Positions 53,416 through 64,000 of a stretch of 64,000 nucleotides of DNA are shown piece by piece; within the stretch, counting starts at the first letter, position 1; each line of letters opens with the position of its first letter. A program made the position numbers and the translations under genes. Origin of the DNA: Salpingoeca rosetta (taxonomy: Eukaryota; Protista; Choanoflagellata); assembly GCA_033442325.1 (NCBI GenBank), contig JAWQFM010000004.1, positions 324,459 through 388,458 of the forward strand, in the 5' to 3' direction. The notes below the pieces were generated by a model. That model was not told where the DNA came from. It saw only the letters and a program-made list of their open reading frames with translations, and did not search any database.

Positions 53416-53934
53416 TTACACGCTGTGCTGAGAGTGTTATGCGTGTGACATCCTCTCTCACACTCTCTCACTCTGTTTGTGCTTGTATCTCTATCTGGGT
53501 CTGTGTCACTACGGGCCTAACACCACTCTCACTCACGCACTCTCACTCTTTTTGTCTTTTTGTGGTGCTTGTATCCTCCTCTGTCTGCTGTTTGACATGA
53601 TTCTATGATGGTGTGATTGTCCTCTGTGTTGACTCGTTGAGTCTTTGAATGGAAAGGAACCTGAGGTGACTCAATAAGTTGTGTCGACTGAGACTGAGCA
53701 TGGTGGGGTGAGACAGTGGGTCTGAGGTTGTGCTTGTCACAGAGAGTCACTTCTGAGGCCGTTTGTGTTTGTTGAACTAGAAGAAGCAAGCAGGGACACG
53801 GAAGATCATGTCCTCATGTCACAGCTCGCTCGGCTGTACGCTTCAAACGCACCAACTGAATTCAGTTTTCCTTCGCCATCGTTTCTTTTGTTGACACATC
53901 TGTCTCCTGTCCATCTCCACCCACACGTCCAGCT

Positions 53935-54799
53935 ATGCCAAACCCACGTCGCTTGCAAATGGTGAGCCGTACATGGTACATATGTGCGTGCTTGCCGTGC
54001 ATGCTCACGGCGGCTTCACACACACACACTCACACACACACACACACTCTCTCTCTCTCCCTCTCACACATACACATTCGCACATTCTCACACGTTCGCA
54101 GGAGATGAAAGATCTCCACAAGGGGGTTCCCAACGTGGAAGGCATCACCTTTGATGAGGCCGACATGACACACGTCAAAGCCACGATCCTCCCGGTTCGT
54201 CAACAACGCTTGATCGCATCATCATCGTTTGCTCGTTTGGCCCCCCTCAACCTTCCTACCTCCTTCATTCTTCCTGTCGACACACAGCACGCCATCATGG
54301 GTCTTGAGTGTGTTGAATGCGTTTTCTGTGACAATTCTCGCTTCCCTCACGACTCACCCATGTGCATTCCTCTGCCATCAGACGGAGCCGCCCTTCAACA
54401 AGGCCAAGTTTGAGGTGGAGATTACATACCCGGACAAGTTCCCTTTTGAGGCGCCAAAGGTAGGGTGTTTCGTGGTGTGTGGGCAGTAAAGTGTGCGCAT
54501 GTCGTGTCGATCACCCACCCCCCATGCCTCGACAGTTCTCTCTTGACAGTTGTCTCTTGACAGTTCTCTCGACAGTTGTCTCTCGACAGCTGTCTCTCAG
54601 CCTCACCTCGTCACCCGCTTATCTTGTTTCTCTTGCAACAACATCATTTTATCGACGCTTCCCAGGTCAAGTTTGTCACGCCCATCTATCACCCCAATGT
54701 CAATGAGAAGGGCACGGAGATTTGCCTCAACATGATCAATGCAGAGCACTGGAAGCCGGCCACTCGCACACGGCAAAGTACGCTCATCGTGTTGCCGTC

Positions 54800-54896
<97 letters not shown>

Positions 54897-55117
54897 NNNN
54901 NNNNNNNNNNNNNNNNNNNNNNNNNNNNNNNNNNNNNNNNNNNNNNNNNNNNNNNNNNNNNNNNNNNNNNNNNNNNNNNNNNNNNNNNNNNNNNNNCCCC
55001 CCCCCCCCTCCACACACACACACACACACACACACACCTTCGCCTCACTACATCCATGCACCGCACAACCACCAGAACTTCCTCGAGCACGCCAAGAAGC
55101 ACAAGGCACGCAGATGA
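53935..55117 (+). CDS. UBE2L3: Ubiquitin-conjugating enzyme E2, UBE2L3/UbcH7-like; part lost in gap 54897-54996
   Basis: Exons 53935-53961, 54102-54194, 54382-54459, 54666-54777 and a last exon ending 55117. Motifs YPDKFPFEAPK, IYHPNVNEKG.ICL and WKPAT. Confidence 0.8.
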
Positions 55118-55342
55118 GCAAGCTCGGCCGCGTGCAGTGCAGATGCATGTATTTGTCTCAAGCAAAGCCCCCTTTCTCTTCCCAACATAACCATGAACAT
55201 TTTTGTTTGTCGCCTGTCGTGGTCGGCAGTTTTCTGGTAAAACGTGTTTAAGCGAAGCCTCAGTTCTGTTTTTTGCGCGGGAAAGACACAAACACCCAAT
55301 ACAGCAGCAGCAGCAAACGCACCAAAGAAGAAGACAACGACG

Positions 55343-55428
55343 ATGCAGGTGAAGCTGTCTGCCGATAAGCTGCAAGGTGAGCCCGCGTGGGGACTGTGGT
55401 GGCAGTGCTTGGTGCATCCACACGCACC

Positions 55429-55478
<50 letters not shown>

Positions 55479-56910
55479 CGCATATCCACACACAGTCACA
55501 CGCATCCACTGACTGTTGTGCTTGTGTGCACACTCTTGATGTGGTGCAGTGTTCGCGCGGGCGATCCAGTGCCTGTCCAAGGTCGGGGAGGACTTGTACC
55601 TGGAGGGCACGCCGAGCCAGCTTGACTTGCGCAGCGTGAATCAGTCACGGTCGGCGTTTGCGTGCGTCGTCTTCTCCCGCACGTTCTTCTCCAGCTTCAC
55701 GCCTCCAGATCCAGCGCTGTGTGGCGTGGAGCAACAGCAGCAAGGTGGCGCGGGAACCAGCAACAGCAACGCTGGCGACAACGCATCGCAGGACACGCAA
55801 GACGACAGCGTTGCCGTGATTCGCTGCAAGGTCTTGAACAAGTCGTGCCTTGGCGCCTTCAAATCCCTCAACGCGCTGCACAAGAACGTGGACAACTGCG
55901 TCATCACGCTGGACCCAGTGCGAGAGGCCATCGTCTTCAAGCTCAAGTGCCACCACGGTGCGTGCCCTGACCTGTGTGATGTCAACACTGGCGTAGGTGC
56001 TTACGTTGGCGTTGGCGTTGGTGCTAGCGTTGGTGCTGGGGGCTGGTGTCAAGTAGGGCTTTTGCCAGTCTTGGGAGTGGTCGCTGAGTGCAGTTTGGGC
56101 TGTCGTGTTGACTGACAAGCTCCCGCGGTTCTGGTCTGTTTCAACAGGCATCTGCAAGACGTACCAGCTCAATATGGACGACTGTGATCCGCTCAACGTA
56201 CGCCACACCGTGCACACGCGCCATGTGTCTGCCTGTTTTCTGCTGCGGCGGCTGCTGCTGCTGCTGCTGCTGCTGCGTGGTGGTGTTTTTGTTGGTGGTG
56301 TTGTTGTTGACTTCGTGCCCGCTCCCCTCCTTGTTTTGTCCTGCTTGTTTTGCTGCGTTGTGCTGCCAGGCACTGTATCGGGTGGACCAGTGCAAGAATG
56401 TGCTGCAGGGCCCCGCGCACGTGCTGTCGGAGTGCTTGCTCAACTTCCAGCCGGGCCTGGAGGAGATTTCCATCGATGTGTCCAGCCACACCATGAGCGT
56501 GAGCAACGCCACAGAGCCCACGCTCTCCGGCCACAACGAGCTGCTGCGAACAGAGCTCACCATCGACTATGCAGAGTTTGCGGCCGCCAACATCAAGCAG
56601 CCGTGCACCATCACCTTCTGCCTCAAGGAGCTCAAGGCCTTCCTCGCCTTTGCAGAGAAGGCCGGCGAGGTGTGTGCACATGTGTGTGCGTATGCACGTG
56701 TGTGAGTGTGTGTGTGTGTGTGTGCGCATTGCGAAGTATAGTGAATTGATGCTCATCCCCTTCTCACCCCTTCTCACCCCCTTCCTTCTCCACCAGCTGA
56801 TGCTGATGCACTTTGACGGCCCCGGCGACCCGCTCATCTTCAAGGCGCACGGCCGCGAGTTTGTGCTCGATTTCGTCCTCGCCACACTTGCCCCAGAGAT
56901 TGAGGTAGAG

Positions 56911-56988
<78 letters not shown>

Positions 56989-57553
56989 ATTTGTCTCCTT
57001 CCTTCCTTCCTTCCTTCCTTCCTTCCTTCCTTCGTTTTCTCTCTGTGCTTGCATGCACCCGTGCTTTCGCTCCGCTGACCCCCCTCTCCCATACCTCACT
57101 CCGTCACCCCATTGTTGTCTCGTTCACTGCAGGATGACTCACGCGCGACACAGATGAGCTCGCAGGCGTCCATCCGGACGCCAATGCGCACGCCGGCCTC
57201 CCAGCACCAGCACACCCACTCCCACCACCGCCGTCGCCGCCCCTACCACCACCACCACCACCACCATCACGACCACTCACAGCAGCAGCAGCAGCAGCAG
57301 CAGGAGAACCAAGCGTCGCCTGCACGTGGCGGTGCTGCGCCATCCATGCACACAACACCGCGTCCCCCCCACCACCACCACCACCATCCCCACCACCACC
57401 ATCATCGTGACCATAGTCGCAGCGCTTCGCAAGCGGGGACGCCGGCCGCTGCCCGCGCAGTCACGCCCGCCAGCGAACCAGCACACACGCACGCGCAACC
57501 TCAGCAGCATCAGGAACACACTCAACAACAGCAACAACAGCAACAGCAACAAA

Positions 57554-57584
<31 letters not shown>

Positions 57585-57914
57585 ACAGCAGCGGTACCCG
57601 CCCAAGACGCCGCCAACAACCCGCCTTGGCGCAACGGCAGCAGCAACAACGCCGTCGCTGCTGCAGTCTGCGCGAGCGGCGGCATTGCATGATGGCTCGT
57701 TTCTTGCATCGCCACCACCGCCCTCCTCAGCGCACGCGCCGTCACCAGCCGCCTTTAGCCACCCGTGCAGCCCCGTCTTCAGCATGCCATCCGTATGTCG
57801 ATGTGTGTGTGTGTGTGTATTTTCTTGGGGCTGGCGATTTGCGGTTGGCCTGGGATGAGTGATATGCCGTCTTTCGTCCATCTACTGACGGTGGCCTTGT
57901 CTCACGGCACATGG

Positions 57915-57953
<39 letters not shown>

Positions 57954-57960
57954 TGTGTGT

Positions 57961-57998
<38 letters not shown>

Positions 57999-58604
57999 GT
58001 TGGCGAGTCGCCTGCGGGACTGCGACGAACGCGGCGGCGGGTGGCGATGGACACGGGCGCAGACACACACACCCCACACACCCCACAACAACAGCAACAA
58101 CAGCAACAACAGCAGCAGCAGCAGCGAGGTGATGAGGATGCGATGGTGGTTGATGTGACGACGGCGAGCAAGGAGGAGGAGGTGAGCCAGGACATTGTGG
58201 CCGGCGTGGAGGACACGACCGACACCAACGCCACGCGGGAGAGCGGAGAATTGGGCCAATCGATGGAGATGGACGATGATGAGGAGTCGCAGCCGCAGGC
58301 AAACAAATACCGCTCCATGCTCGCAGGTGAACAAATCATGCGCCCGTGAATGCTTTTGTGCGTGTGTGTGTGTGTGTGTTGTTGCTTCTGTGTGTTTGTT
58401 GATGTTGCTGATTGTGGTGTGTTCATAAGCTCACAAGCGAGCGCGTTTGCACCACAATTCCTACTCCTACGCTTCTTCTCATGCACCTTCCCTCACACCG
58501 TCCGCACTGCCGCTCTTCCCCTCCTCCACCGCACAACAGGCCACGGCCCACTGCTGCTGGCGCCAGACACCGACGACGAAGACGACGACGCAGACGAGGA
58601 GTGA
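55343..58604 (+). CDS. RAD9: 9-1-1 checkpoint clamp subunit RAD9
   Basis: VFARAIQCLSKVGEDLYLE..LRSVNQSRSAFAC, GICKTYQL, ITFCLKELKAFLAFAE, HFDGPGDP, FVLATL and acidic tail LLAPDTDDED across GT-AG exons. Confidence 0.92.
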
Positions 58605-58632
58605 ACAGGACGTGCTCGTGTGTATGTGTGTA

Positions 58633-58667
<35 letters not shown>

Positions 58668-58875
58668 ATTGTGTGTCTCTCTGTGTGGTTTCCATTGGCT
58701 GTGTTCTTAAGGATTGTGTATATTGGATTTCAATCAAGTGGTGTTGCACCATGTAAACGAACCCCCAGCAATCAGCGCCAAGGGAAGAACAGCAGACCAG
58801 CTGCCGATGTATTGTGACACCAACAGACACACGCAGAGGGAGACAGATACAGACATACACACACATACACGCACG

Positions 58876-61209
<2,334 letters not shown>

Positions 61210-61232
61210 ATCCGCCCACTGTTACTTACTGC

Positions 61233-61275
61233 AAAGGCAAAATTGACTTTGATGGATGGCGAAAAGGCAAAATTG
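61233..61275. promoter_or_regulatory. 13-bp direct repeat in a short divergent intergenic region
   Basis: aaaggcaaaattg at 61233-61245 and 61263-61275, between ATGs at 61209 (-) and 61374 (+). Confidence 0.35.
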
Positions 61276-61373
61276 CTATTTGCACACTTCGCACGCACAG
61301 CAGCAGAGATAGCAGCAAGGCAGACTCGGAGATGGTGTGGCAGGTGGCAAGGCAGAGGGGCACTGTTGTTGCG

Positions 61374-64000
<2,627 letters not shown>

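Overview
Eukaryotic, intron-rich draft sequence with five N gaps and (GT)n/(CA)n microsatellites in most introns. Composition and gene families suggest a choanoflagellate such as Salpingoeca rosetta (inference, not verified). The ends carry housekeeping genes: a PTEN/TPTE/VSP-type C2 tail and a tiny CDC26 on the left; a UBE2L3-like E2, RAD9, a Cid1/TUTase-family gene and MRPS9 on the right. The ~2-53 kb between them looks like a fast-turnover island of candidate innate-immune/recognition genes. It holds an intact, intronless NLR-like gene (SAM-like, MLKL-like four-helix bundle, Cbl-type EF-hand, NACHT, WD40 with near-identical repeats), a TIR-like/TPR gene with hypervariable repeat positions, and a decaying DUF4062-NACHT-WD40 gene. 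It also holds two LRR receptor TKL kinases, two F-box-like/LRR-like paralogs and three intact plus one dead secreted 7-bladed propeller genes. One propeller gene sits head-to-head with the TIR-TPR gene, and a decayed copy of that same pair recurs at ~21-22.6 kb. Pseudogene remnants (Cu-ATPase, TRP channel, Ulp1-like peptidase, transposon fragments) fill the gaps. All domain calls are by eye from motif recall; no searches were run.
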